Source: a virus. From it: 34,094 nucleotides of DNA. Location of the stretch: the IMG/VR virus record IMGVR_UViG_3300025855_000003; one strand, given 5' to 3'. The position numbers were made by a program, and so were the translations under genes. Below the pieces are notes generated by a model. That model searched no databases, had not been told where the DNA came from, and saw nothing but the letters and a program-made list of their open reading frames with translations. Shown here in pieces: positions 1 to 7,523 of the stretch (its first letter is position 1; every line of letters begins with the position of its first letter).

Positions 1-127
1 CAAGGTAATTTCTTAAGGTTTTTACCTGTTTTTTGTCTTCAGTGGTATAATTAGACATGTGTTTACTCTTGTTAGTAGAGTCTTCACATGTCTTTCCTCT
101 TTTGGTTTAGATCCTGGCCCGGGATCA
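1..127. repeat. Terminal direct repeat, left copy. It is identical to 33968..34094 and is read as a circular-contig overlap.
   Basis: Bases 1-127 (caaggtaatttcttaagg...cctggcccgggatca) recur base for base at 33968-34094, an offset of 33967 nt. The copy includes the first 58 nt of the HTH gene that starts at 34025. Confidence 0.9.
110..126. promoter_or_regulatory. GC-rich palindrome gatcc-tggcccg-ggatc in the divergent HTH/int intergenic region. Candidate attP core or operator.
   Basis: A 5-bp inverted repeat with a 7-nt spacer. It is a conspicuously GC-rich island (ctggcccggg) in an AT-rich genome and lies between the divergent starts at 58 (minus) and 284 (plus). Confidence 0.25.
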
Positions 128-237
128 ATACCAGCTTTAAGGGGAAAAGTCGAGTGAAGACTCCGACTTTGTTTTGTGTTACTTAAAAATTTACAGGAAA
201 AAAAGAGCAAAGTCAACTAGCAAGTTAATCCAGATGT

Positions 238-258
238 ACAATATCATTTTGATATTGT
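238..258. promoter_or_regulatory. Perfect 8-bp inverted repeat acaatatc-N5-gatattgt upstream of int. Candidate operator.
   Basis: Read directly: acaatatc attt t gatattgt, about 26 nt upstream of the int ATG at 284 and followed by ttatacaat (-10-like). Confidence 0.3.
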
Positions 259-283
259 TTGTTATACAATCGTTAGGTCAAAA

Positions 284-1213
284 ATGGATTTAACTGAGTT
301 TAAGTGCTTTCTACTTGAAACTGGCAAATCCCAAGAAACTGTTGGGTATTATGCACGTTTGATTAATAGCTTTCTAAAATTCAATGATTTCAACGATGAA
401 AATTGTAAAAAATGGATTTTAGAAAAAACTCTGAAATTCTCTGCTTCTTGTAGAAATAAATATATTAGTGCATTCAAGGCTTATGCTATTTTTTTGGGAA
501 TGGATTTTGCTCAAAAATATAAAAGAATTGCTGAACATGCCGATGAATACGAAAGACTAACGATTGACGAAACTTGGAAACTAATTGAGTTTGATCCATA
601 CCCAAATAGAATGAGTGTTTTGTTTCTTGTTATAGCATCAACTGGATGCCGACCCTCAGAAGTTTTAAAGGCTCAAAAAAGGCATTTATCTTTCAGAATG
701 ATAAAGATTAAATCAAAGACAGGTGAGATCCGAAGAATTGCTTTGAATAGCTTTGTTTATCAAAAGGTTTTGGAGTATTTGGAAAATACACAGATTGACT
801 CAGAATATATTTTTCCAAATTATAAAGGCTTAGTAATGACAACTGCCGGACTTTCCAAAGAGTTTAGAAAAAGGCTTGACTTGCTTGGTATTTATAAAAA
901 CACCAGAGTTTATGATTTAAGACATTCGTATATTACAAGACAGGTGAGAAATAACCCTCTTCCACATGTTCAAACACAAGTTGGCCACAGAAAGCTAGAT
1001 ACTACCCAACATTATACGCATCCTGATGATCAAGATTTGCTTTTATTATCCGAGAGAGATTCTTTGTTTGCGGAAAATATGGATTCAACAGAACAACTTT
1101 CAGAATTAATTGAAGAAGTTAAAAGAAGAGGATTTTTTAATAATAAAAAGTTTGAATGGAAAATCAGTAAAAATTCTTTGTCTATTGCTATTCAAAAAAA
1201 AGTGATACAGTAA
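284..1213 (+). CDS. int: Tyrosine recombinase / phage integrase (Xer-like, short N-terminal core-binding domain)
   Basis: 309-aa ORF carrying the catalytic signature in order: GCRPSEVL (Arg), YDLRHSYITR (H/Y-x-x-R), GHRKLDTTQHYTH (His...Tyr nucleophile). It is the only long plus-strand backbone gene. Confidence 0.9.
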   Translation: MDLTEFKCFLLETGKSQETVGYYARLINSFLKFNDFNDENCKKWILEKTLKFSASCRNKYISAFKAYAIFLGMDFAQKYKRIAEHADEYERLTIDETWKLIEFDPYPNRMSVLFLVIASTGCRPSEVLKAQKRHLSFRMIKIKSKTGEIRRIALNSFVYQKVLEYLENTQIDSEYIFPNYKGLVMTTAGLSKEFRKRLDLLGIYKNTRVYDLRHSYITRQVRNNPLPHVQTQVGHRKLDTTQHYTHPDDQDLLLLSERDSLFAENMDSTEQLSELIEEVKRRGFFNNKKFEWKISKNSLSIAIQKKVIQ

Positions 1214-1217
1214 AAGC

Positions 1218-1361
1218 GTGGTAAGTCAGTTAGAATTGGATCAACTTTTTTTACAACTGAAAAATTTGGCAGAAAACTACCCACATCTTGAAGTTGTAAA
1301 AACTAAGACAAAGATCATTATTAAGGTGAAAACCTTAAATAAAAAGAGAGCTACAAAATAA
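1218..1361 (+). CDS. Hypothetical 47-aa ORF (GTG start) immediately downstream of int
   Basis: It fills the int-to-lysis convergent gap. It is below the ORF-track cutoff, uses a GTG start 5 nt after the int stop, and has no clear SD. Confidence 0.2.
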   Translation: MVSQLELDQLFLQLKNLAENYPHLEVVKTKTKIIIKVKTLNKKRATK

Positions 1362-1376
1362 ATTCAAAAGAGTAAT

Positions 1377-1592
1377 TTATTTTTTCAAAGCCTCTAAAAC
1401 TCCCTCATTTTTGAGTTCTTTTTCTATCACCCAAATTATGTAGTTAATTGCTGGGCCAAAAATGGCAGTTAAGGCAACATCGCCAAAGATATATTTAGAC
1501 AATACATAGCCCAAACCACCAGAAATTGATAAATAGCCCACAATTTTTAAGTGCTTTTGAGCTACACTGGAAATTTGAATTTTGTTTTCCAT
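1377..1592 (-). CDS. Small two-TM membrane protein, holin candidate
   Basis: 71 aa with two hydrophobic segments (IVGYLSISGGLGYVLSKYIF, VALTAIFGPAINYIIWVI) and a charged C-terminus. SD aaagaaagga sits upstream, and the gene lies directly downstream of the endolysin. Confidence 0.65.
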   Translation of the reverse strand: MENKIQISSVAQKHLKIVGYLSISGGLGYVLSKYIFGDVALTAIFGPAINYIIWVIEKELKNEGVLEALKK

Positions 1593-1605
1593 AAATCCTT
1601 TCTTT

Positions 1606-2568
1606 TTAGAATTTGATATTGATAAATAACCTTAACCAAGTTTTGAAAGATAGAGTGCTGTATTGATTCTTTTGAGCATTTTCTAGCTGTGCTTTTGCTT
1701 CTGCCAGATCATTCAAAGCCTTTCCTTTAGCTTTTGCCTCTTCTTTGAGGTTGCTTTCTAGTTGCTCAATCTTTGCTTTGAATGGTTTAACTACTTCTTC
1801 GGAATTTATTTGGGTTGATTTTAGTGCGATGAGTTCAGCTTTGTGGAGTTCTTCCCTCTCTGACAGAGTTGTGGTAAGCCTGCTAACCTGTTCCACCCTA
1901 TTTTTGATCTCTTGAAGGGCCTTTGCTAGTTCTTCCCCTCTGGTAGATAGCTCAGTTTTGCAGGTAGTGAGCTTGCCATCTCTAGCTTCCAAAGAATTTT
2001 TAATTGTATTGAAACTTGTGTTATCTGCTTTATCTGCTAAACCAAGATACTTAACTGTCTCATCAGCAACGCCAGAATTATGTACTAACTTTTCAAACAG
2101 TTTACTTCCGTCATCATTTTTGGCAATTAAGCATGAATCGACTAGCTCCCAGCGTGGCCTTAAAACTCCTAAGAAGCCATTTTTGCCACCGTAGGAGTGA
2201 GTTGTTTTTGTAGCTTTTTGGATGCCATTCCAATTTTGATCCCATGAAATTATCTTGCTTTGGGTGCACCCATCATCTATTACGCAGATATGACCAGCTG
2301 TCCCAACCTCAGTTCCAAAAATACCAATGTCGCCCTGCTTTGGCACAAATTCTGGTGTGTTTGGAATGACCTCAAAATACTTTCTAGTTAAATCACTTGC
2401 TTTAGTAAATGCCTCATAGGCATAGAGGTGCTGAATAGTAGCTTTAGGGAATCCAAGAATAAATACCCATAAGTAGGCAAAATCCATGCACTGATAGATG
2501 TTGCTTTTATCCGAGACTTCCACCGCTTGATTAGGGATGTTTTCTATAAATTGTTGAAATTTTGACAT
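1606..2568 (-). CDS. CHAP-domain peptidoglycan hydrolase (endolysin) with a long C-terminal coiled coil
   Basis: The N-terminal ~140 aa carries the CHAP Cys/His pattern (IYQCMDFAYLW ... GDIGIFG ... GHICVIDDG). Residues ~190-300 are heptad-like and Glu/Lys/Ala/Leu-rich. The gene is flanked by two small membrane proteins. Confidence 0.85.
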   Translation of the reverse strand: MSKFQQFIENIPNQAVEVSDKSNIYQCMDFAYLWVFILGFPKATIQHLYAYEAFTKASDLTRKYFEVIPNTPEFVPKQGDIGIFGTEVGTAGHICVIDDGCTQSKIISWDQNWNGIQKATKTTHSYGGKNGFLGVLRPRWELVDSCLIAKNDDGSKLFEKLVHNSGVADETVKYLGLADKADNTSFNTIKNSLEARDGKLTTCKTELSTRGEELAKALQEIKNRVEQVSRLTTTLSEREELHKAELIALKSTQINSEEVVKPFKAKIEQLESNLKEEAKAKGKALNDLAEAKAQLENAQKNQYSTLSFKTWLRLFINIKF

Positions 2569-2976
2569 TTAACCTTTCTTTGGGATACTGATCTCAATAA
2601 TTGTTGCCAATTTAGTTATTTCTTTAGTCAGATTTAAGTTCATTCTATTAACTGATTGGGTTAATGTATCAACCTTTGTATCAACAGTATGGATGTGATT
2701 TTGTGCAAGAGTTAATGATTTATCCAATCTTTCACCAATTTCACTGAACCTTCGATTGTTGTCTTCTTTTTCGCTTTTGAATTGTTGGGCTAATAACTCT
2801 GCTTTTGTCTCTACTTCTTTTTGATCTAGAACAGTAGCTTTGTTTTTATCTCTCTCATCATTAAGAGCTTGTTTTTTGTCGAGATCAATTTGTGGATTTC
2901 TAAAGAAATGATAAACACTAAAAATAATCCCTATGATTGAGAGTAAAATGGCGATTGTTGATAGTGTTATTTGCAT
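2569..2976 (-). CDS. N-terminally membrane-anchored coiled-coil protein (holin or lysis-accessory candidate)
   Basis: 135 aa with one N-terminal TM (ITLSTIAILLSIIGIIFSVYHFF) followed by a charged helical region. Its stop abuts the endolysin ATG (ggttaaATG). Confidence 0.6.
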   Translation of the reverse strand: MQITLSTIAILLSIIGIIFSVYHFFRNPQIDLDKKQALNDERDKNKATVLDQKEVETKAELLAQQFKSEKEDNNRRFSEIGERLDKSLTLAQNHIHTVDTKVDTLTQSVNRMNLNLTKEITKLATIIEISIPKKG

Positions 2977-2993
2977 AGTTTTTTTAAAATTTT

Positions 2994-4667
2994 TTAAGCA
3001 ATGGTTGGTCTGGCATCAAAAACTAAATTTCTTACACCACCCCCATCCCCAACTAAAGTTCCAGGTTTTACTCCTGTTCCCAATCCACTGGTAACTCCAA
3101 TAATTAGCACAGAACCAGATTGCGAAGTTAAGACATCAAGAGTCATGCTTGTTAAATCAACAAGACTTCCAGAAATAAATCCAAACTTCCAGTCAGAGGC
3201 AGTCGCTATTAAAGTTGGTGTTTTAAGCATTGGTTCATCAAATAAAAACTCAACCGCTCCAGTGGTGTCATTAAAAGACAATCCACTTGCCACAATCCCA
3301 ACATTTGAAATTAAATATCCTCTACAATATTTTCTACAAGCTCTTAATTCATCTTTTTCACTTTTAGCATTAAAAGATAAAACTTTATCTCCTAAATTAT
3401 ATTGCCACTCACTAAATTCAAAGTTCTTAGTAGTAATAGCTCCACATTCTGCAATTATTTCGATTTCGATTCCATTGCTACAATCACCCATTGAAACACC
3501 CTCTAATTTAATAAGGGTATCTGCCCCACTTTCAACTGAAACTGCATCACCAGTTGCGATATTAGTTACTGCACTAAAATTATTTGCACTATTAGCCTTG
3601 TTGATTTTAATTGTATAGTTAATAGCCGAACCTACATCGTGCCTAACTAGAACTGAGAATGAAGCAGTTTTATTTTTATAATGAATTGCATTTGCACTGT
3701 CGATATTTCTATATCCGTAAACTATACCTGTGCCAGTTAAAGTTACTCCTGCTAATTTATCTGCAAAAGCAGTGGTCAAAGAAGGGGAAGCAGTATTTGA
3801 GATCGTTCCTGCGCTAACTGCCGTTCCTGCACCCTTAGCATAGAAAGTATCTGTGCCATAAAGTTTGCCAGTGGTTAAATTAACTGCTGTGACGATTTGA
3901 TTAATTTGGCAAGCACCGTTAATAATAGCATTTTGATATAAAAATGCCTTACCAACATCAATACCACTAATTTCTGTATCGACATAAGATTTTGAAGCTA
4001 ACCCACCTATTGAAGAAAGTATAAAATTAGTTCCATCATAAATAACAGTAACAATCGAGCCTGCTGGAATTTGACCATTAGCAGGATCTTCACCATTGGG
4101 AGTTTTTATTGACTTTGCTCCTAATTCATTTACATTTAAAGTACAAGCTCCAGTGTTAACAGTTGTTGCTTTGAAATTGACAATCATTCCCTCAAAATAC
4201 TCTACTGGAACAGGCGATAGTGTAATGACATAATCATCATCGCTTGCTTCATCTTCAGCATAATGACTCTCGTCAAAACCTTGCATTTTATGAGTTCCAT
4301 TTGGATTGTGTTCCACTTCTAAACCATCAATTAATTTGTTCCACATTGCTCCTGTTACTAAAATTTCAAGAACTGTGTCAGCTTCCCAAGCCTGAGCTTC
4401 ACCTTCAACTTGACGAATACAATTAATTAAGTTGGTTCCAGACAACTTGCCGATAAAGGTTTCTCTTTCGTTTGATGGGTTTTTTATAGTTCCGGCAGAA
4501 TTGACACGATTGGCGGTTACAACATACACATTCCCATCAGTTAAACCAGATGCAGATTGAAGTGGAAAGGTTCCTGCTACCGCAGAGGCCACACCACCGG
4601 CTCCTACTTTTCCAACCCATAAAGGTTTTGCTTCTATAAAATACTCGTTTACATTTGTTGCTGGCAT
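2994..4667 (-). CDS. Tail fibre / receptor-binding protein
   Basis: 557 aa counted from the internal ATG at 4667, which is preceded by aaaaggagaaatt. The protein is Gly/Thr/Ser/Asn-rich and beta-like, and it is the last structural gene before lysis. The 32-codon extension in the ORF track reads through the terminator hairpin and is rejected. Confidence 0.7.
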   Translation of the reverse strand: MPATNVNEYFIEAKPLWVGKVGAGGVASAVAGTFPLQSASGLTDGNVYVVTANRVNSAGTIKNPSNERETFIGKLSGTNLINCIRQVEGEAQAWEADTVLEILVTGAMWNKLIDGLEVEHNPNGTHKMQGFDESHYAEDEASDDDYVITLSPVPVEYFEGMIVNFKATTVNTGACTLNVNELGAKSIKTPNGEDPANGQIPAGSIVTVIYDGTNFILSSIGGLASKSYVDTEISGIDVGKAFLYQNAIINGACQINQIVTAVNLTTGKLYGTDTFYAKGAGTAVSAGTISNTASPSLTTAFADKLAGVTLTGTGIVYGYRNIDSANAIHYKNKTASFSVLVRHDVGSAINYTIKINKANSANNFSAVTNIATGDAVSVESGADTLIKLEGVSMGDCSNGIEIEIIAECGAITTKNFEFSEWQYNLGDKVLSFNAKSEKDELRACRKYCRGYLISNVGIVASGLSFNDTTGAVEFLFDEPMLKTPTLIATASDWKFGFISGSLVDLTSMTLDVLTSQSGSVLIIGVTSGLGTGVKPGTLVGDGGGVRNLVFDARPTIA

Positions 4668-4685
4668 AATTTCTCCTTTTAAAAC

Positions 4686-4732
4686 AAAAAAAGCGGTCTT
4701 ATTTCTAAGACCGCCCTTTTCATGGTTACGGA
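4686..4732 (-). terminator. Conserved CGTAACC box + GC hairpin + U-tract element, copy A
   Basis: Minus strand reads tccgtaaccatgaaaa GGGCGGTCTTA gaaa TAAGACCGC ttttttt. The SD and tail-fibre ATG follow 19 nt later. Confidence 0.8.
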
Positions 4733-4752
4733 TTTCTTCTCTAAATTGACAC

Positions 4753-4786
4753 AAAAAAACCACAATAAAAAAAAACTATTGTGGTT
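4753..4786 (-). terminator. Intrinsic terminator hairpin downstream of the 661-aa gene (upstream hairpin of twin-hairpin module A)
   Basis: Minus strand reads aaccacaat-agttttttttt-attgtggtt followed by tttttt. Confidence 0.7.
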
Positions 4787-4837
4787 CGGTTCCAGTCAAC
4801 GCTGGAGAAGAACTGATAAATATAATATAGCAGACAT

Positions 4838-6823
4838 TTAATTTTTTCGCCATATGCTAGGACTCTTTTTAAATATATATGGACCACTAGACTGAATAGA
4901 TAAAAGCCTCCAATCATTTCCAACCCCATTGCTAGTTACACGATATTTAATTGCATAAAGTTTTTTTCTTGGTCTAACTACTTTTTTGACAGAAGAGCTT
5001 GAGAAAGTAGTTGGTAAATCCAAAGTATCGGAGAATAGCATGTCAGAAAAAGCATCATCACCAATACCAGAATTAGAAAAAGATGAACTAATTGTTTTAT
5101 TTCCAACAGATTTAATATCAGCTTTTTTGGTTCTACCAAGAACACTAGCTGTTAACGAACCCCTAACCTCACCAAATTCAAAAATTGTTTCTTTAACTCT
5201 AGCCTGGACTCTGTGGTCGCTGGCATCTATTGGAATTAGTGGTGAAACATACTGAGAAAACATTGGACCACTTAAATCTGATAAAGCATTTGGAGAAATC
5301 TCAATAATTTTGTTATCATTATTTCTAACTCCGAGCAAGTGCGTTGTTCCTGATGTGTCTGTATATTCCATCATTTGTTTAAAACCAATTGTCCAGGACC
5401 AATTCCAGTTTCTTTTTTCATCATCCCAGAGAAAAATTAAGTCATTTTCTTGACCCATTGGAACAGAGAACATGAGTTTTGGAGATGAATAATAACCAAT
5501 AGATTTATGTATTTGTGAGGCATTTAAAGACTCAAATCTGTTTCTAAGTGGAGCAATCATGTTGTCGGTAGATAAAACATTGAACAACTGCTCTTTATTT
5601 CTTAAAAAGAACACACCTTTTTTGTTCAAAAAAGCTACATTATCCCCAAACTTAGTTACTGATCCCACCGCATCAGTTCCAACAGAACCAACGAGTTTAT
5701 AGGCTACTGGAACAATAATGTTTACATCACCAACAGTGATATTACTTAATTCAATCTGAAAGATTGTGCCATTACCATCAGCAGAAGAACAAAGCACAGT
5801 TGCAATTGGATCACCTTTTCCAGTTCTATAATGGACTACCGTAATTGGATAGTATTTGCCACCTCTCTCCAAATCAACCCAAAATCCTCCGTAAAATGGA
5901 GAGAAATAACCTAAATACTGGCTCGTTCCAGTTCCATAAACTCTCCAAGGATTATTTTTATCCTTTGTGGCCCACATTCTGTTTCCAGAAAGTTCCATAG
6001 AACCAAAAAGAGGTGCTGAAGTAGTGTTGTCATCTGGAATATCTTGGAAAGAATTAGTTGGGGTGCCAATATCTCTAAAAGTAAGCTCAGTTGTTGATCC
6101 TAAGTATTTTTCTTTACCAGAAACATCTCCAAGCCAAATATCGTAGCTTTCTGCTCCATCGATAGGTGCTGGTACTGTATATTCAATATACTCATTACTG
6201 TCTTTATCCCAAGCCTCTCTTGGTTTATTAGCAGTTACTTCTAAAACAGGAGAAGGATTTGTCCAACCAACCGAGTTATTGGCAGTATAACGAACATAGT
6301 ATTTATAACTACCATCTGAAAGACCGGCTCCTCTTGCAAGAGTAGGTGCATCCTCTGGATCTTCAATTTCATCAAACGATGCAAAAACTGAACCTTCATA
6401 ATAAACTACTGGATCCAAACCATTGGAAATCCAGAGTTGATTTTTAAACTGAAGAGAAACAAATTGTTGTCCTGGTGTCCAAGTGGCTCCTGCAACTTCT
6501 GTCCAGGTTTTACCATTATTTGTGCTTTTGTAGCCTTTGCCATTAGTACAAATTGCGATCAATTCTCTGGTTTTGTCTTCCTTTGTATATTCAGCTAAAT
6601 GTTCAATGCCACCAACACCAGGAATTTCTTTTCCATAGTAAAGAGTGCCTGGTCTTGGACCCCAAATGCCATCTTCATATTGCATGATATTGACTGACTC
6701 TACTGCGTATCTAGTATTAGAGGGTTTTTTACCTAAGCGAGCGTCAGAAATCACTGTCATGGATCCACCATTAAAAACATCTAGATTGTTTCTCCATTCT
6801 CCTGGTGTTCTGTATCTCGACAT
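4838..6823 (-). CDS. Large tail protein, beta-propeller-like (nozzle / tail tubular B-like candidate)
   Basis: 661 aa with a BNR/Asp-box-like motif (STNNGKTWTEV) and repeated beta-rich segments. It sits between the adaptor-like gene and the fibre gene. Confidence 0.6.
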   Translation of the reverse strand: MSRYRTPGEWRNNLDVFNGGSMTVISDARLGKKPSNTRYAVESVNIMQYEDGIWGPRPGTLYYGKEIPGVGGIEHLAEYTKEDKTRELIAICTNGKGYKSTNNGKTWTEVAGATWTPGQQFVSLQFKNQLWISNGLDPVVYYEGSVFASFDEIEDPEDAPTLARGAGLSDGSYKYYVRYTANNSVGWTNPSPVLEVTANKPREAWDKDSNEYIEYTVPAPIDGAESYDIWLGDVSGKEKYLGSTTELTFRDIGTPTNSFQDIPDDNTTSAPLFGSMELSGNRMWATKDKNNPWRVYGTGTSQYLGYFSPFYGGFWVDLERGGKYYPITVVHYRTGKGDPIATVLCSSADGNGTIFQIELSNITVGDVNIIVPVAYKLVGSVGTDAVGSVTKFGDNVAFLNKKGVFFLRNKEQLFNVLSTDNMIAPLRNRFESLNASQIHKSIGYYSSPKLMFSVPMGQENDLIFLWDDEKRNWNWSWTIGFKQMMEYTDTSGTTHLLGVRNNDNKIIEISPNALSDLSGPMFSQYVSPLIPIDASDHRVQARVKETIFEFGEVRGSLTASVLGRTKKADIKSVGNKTISSSFSNSGIGDDAFSDMLFSDTLDLPTTFSSSSVKKVVRPRKKLYAIKYRVTSNGVGNDWRLLSIQSSGPYIFKKSPSIWRKN

Positions 6824-6824
6824 A

Positions 6825-7514
6825 TTAAATTCTTTCTAGCTGTGATGCTAACCTGCCAAAGCCAGCTCCGTTGCGTAAATAACTCAGACCAGAAACTCTG
6901 TTTGGTGTGCCTGTGGGAGTTTTTGCTAGTGCTACTTTTTCCAAACGAAATTCCTCTTTCATTTTGCCTTCATACATCGTGGCTAAATCTTTGTTACTTG
7001 GATCATCTAAATAAAGAGAATTAAGGATGTAATAGACAGAATAAAGAGGTCTGGAAATATCCACCTCATCAGTTTCTTCAGTTGGAATTGATAAAGTTCC
7101 ATAATATGAATAGCTAACTGTTTCAATTGTCGTTGGAATTGGATTTATAACAATTTTGTAAGCTCCAGGTTTTCCAATAACTGAAAACCATTCATCATCG
7201 GGAAATAAACTCATCTTTTGAGGTGGTAAGTATTCAAGTTCTTTATCACCAATATAAATTTTATTTGCTGGTCTAATAAAATTAGTAGGAGCATCGATTG
7301 TTTTTTCACCTGAAGTGGTTTGTTTATCTCCAGTTGAAGAATCAGACAATTCTTTGTATCCCTCTTTTGTTTCTGGAAATTTGTTTGCCCAATCAATCAA
7401 TGAATCTTTAAGTAAAGCAAAAAATAACTGCATATCATCTTCGGCAAATTCTGGATAATCAGTATCTCCTTCATATTTTCTGTAAACCATTTGTAATAAC
7501 TCTGTTACTGTCAT
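6825..7514 (-). CDS. Virion structural protein (head-tail adaptor candidate)
   Basis: 229-aa ORF with SD gaaagg. Its stop lies 1 nt from the next ATG. The assignment rests on position in the tail module only. Confidence 0.45.
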   Translation of the reverse strand: MTVTELLQMVYRKYEGDTDYPEFAEDDMQLFFALLKDSLIDWANKFPETKEGYKELSDSSTGDKQTTSGEKTIDAPTNFIRPANKIYIGDKELEYLPPQKMSLFPDDEWFSVIGKPGAYKIVINPIPTTIETVSYSYYGTLSIPTEETDEVDISRPLYSVYYILNSLYLDDPSNKDLATMYEGKMKEEFRLEKVALAKTPTGTPNRVSGLSYLRNGAGFGRLASQLERI

Positions 7515-7523
7515 AAAACCTTT

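Noticed and set aside
1-127. The 127-nt terminal repeat as a biological direct terminal repeat (T7-like DTR)
   Set aside because: It bisects the coding 5' end of the HTH gene, and its length equals a common maximal assembler k-mer. It is more simply explained as a circular-contig overlap.
100-127. A tRNA 3' fragment (ggtttagatcc...) as an attP core
   Set aside because: The T-loop-like string lacks flanking 5-bp stem complementarity and the invariant C56 context. It is kept only as a generic GC-rich palindrome candidate.
22-216. 64-aa minus-strand ORF overlapping the repeat and the control region
   Set aside because: It overlaps the real HTH gene's 5' end in another frame, has no SD and has an odd composition. 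It is likely a chance ORF in the divergent regulatory region.
3001-3618. 205-aa plus-strand ORF, together with the other plus-strand ORFs nested in minus-strand genes: 1958..2194, 4244..4426, 4986..5255, 6645..6839, 6842..7024, 7753..7965, 8483..8704, 8881..9132, 9241..9444, 10269..10505, 16099..16440, 16652..16846, 17257..17535, 17643..17828, 18302..18502, 19874..20218, 20878..21075, 23946..24299, 25019..25216, 27501..27689, 27913..28194, 28182..28421, 28842..29039, 30292..30642, 30521..30808, 31565..31777, 33217..33441, 33644..33847
   Set aside because: All are antisense to long minus-strand genes that carry recognisable motifs. They are Leu/Ser/Phe/Pro-rich, as expected when translating the T-rich antisense of Lys/Glu-rich genes, and they lack SDs.
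2994-4667. A diversity-generating retroelement targeting the tail fibre
   Set aside because: There is no reverse transcriptase ORF anywhere in the genome, and I could find no template/variable repeat pair near the fibre 3' end.
4668-4763. N-terminal extensions of tracked ORFs that read through the conserved hairpins (2994..4763, 19546..21534, 25115..26185)
   Set aside because: The extra codons translate the hairpin and U-tract itself (e.g. ...GGLRNKTAFFV...). In each case an internal ATG, preceded by an SD or immediately following the U-tract, lies just downstream.
4741-4929. Same-strand alternative-frame ORFs: 4741..4929, 7211..7396, 13315..13554, 16600..16827, 18438..18686, 20904..21104, 33147..33386
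   Set aside because: Each lies inside or straddles a longer, better-supported ORF in another frame, and none has an independent translation signal.
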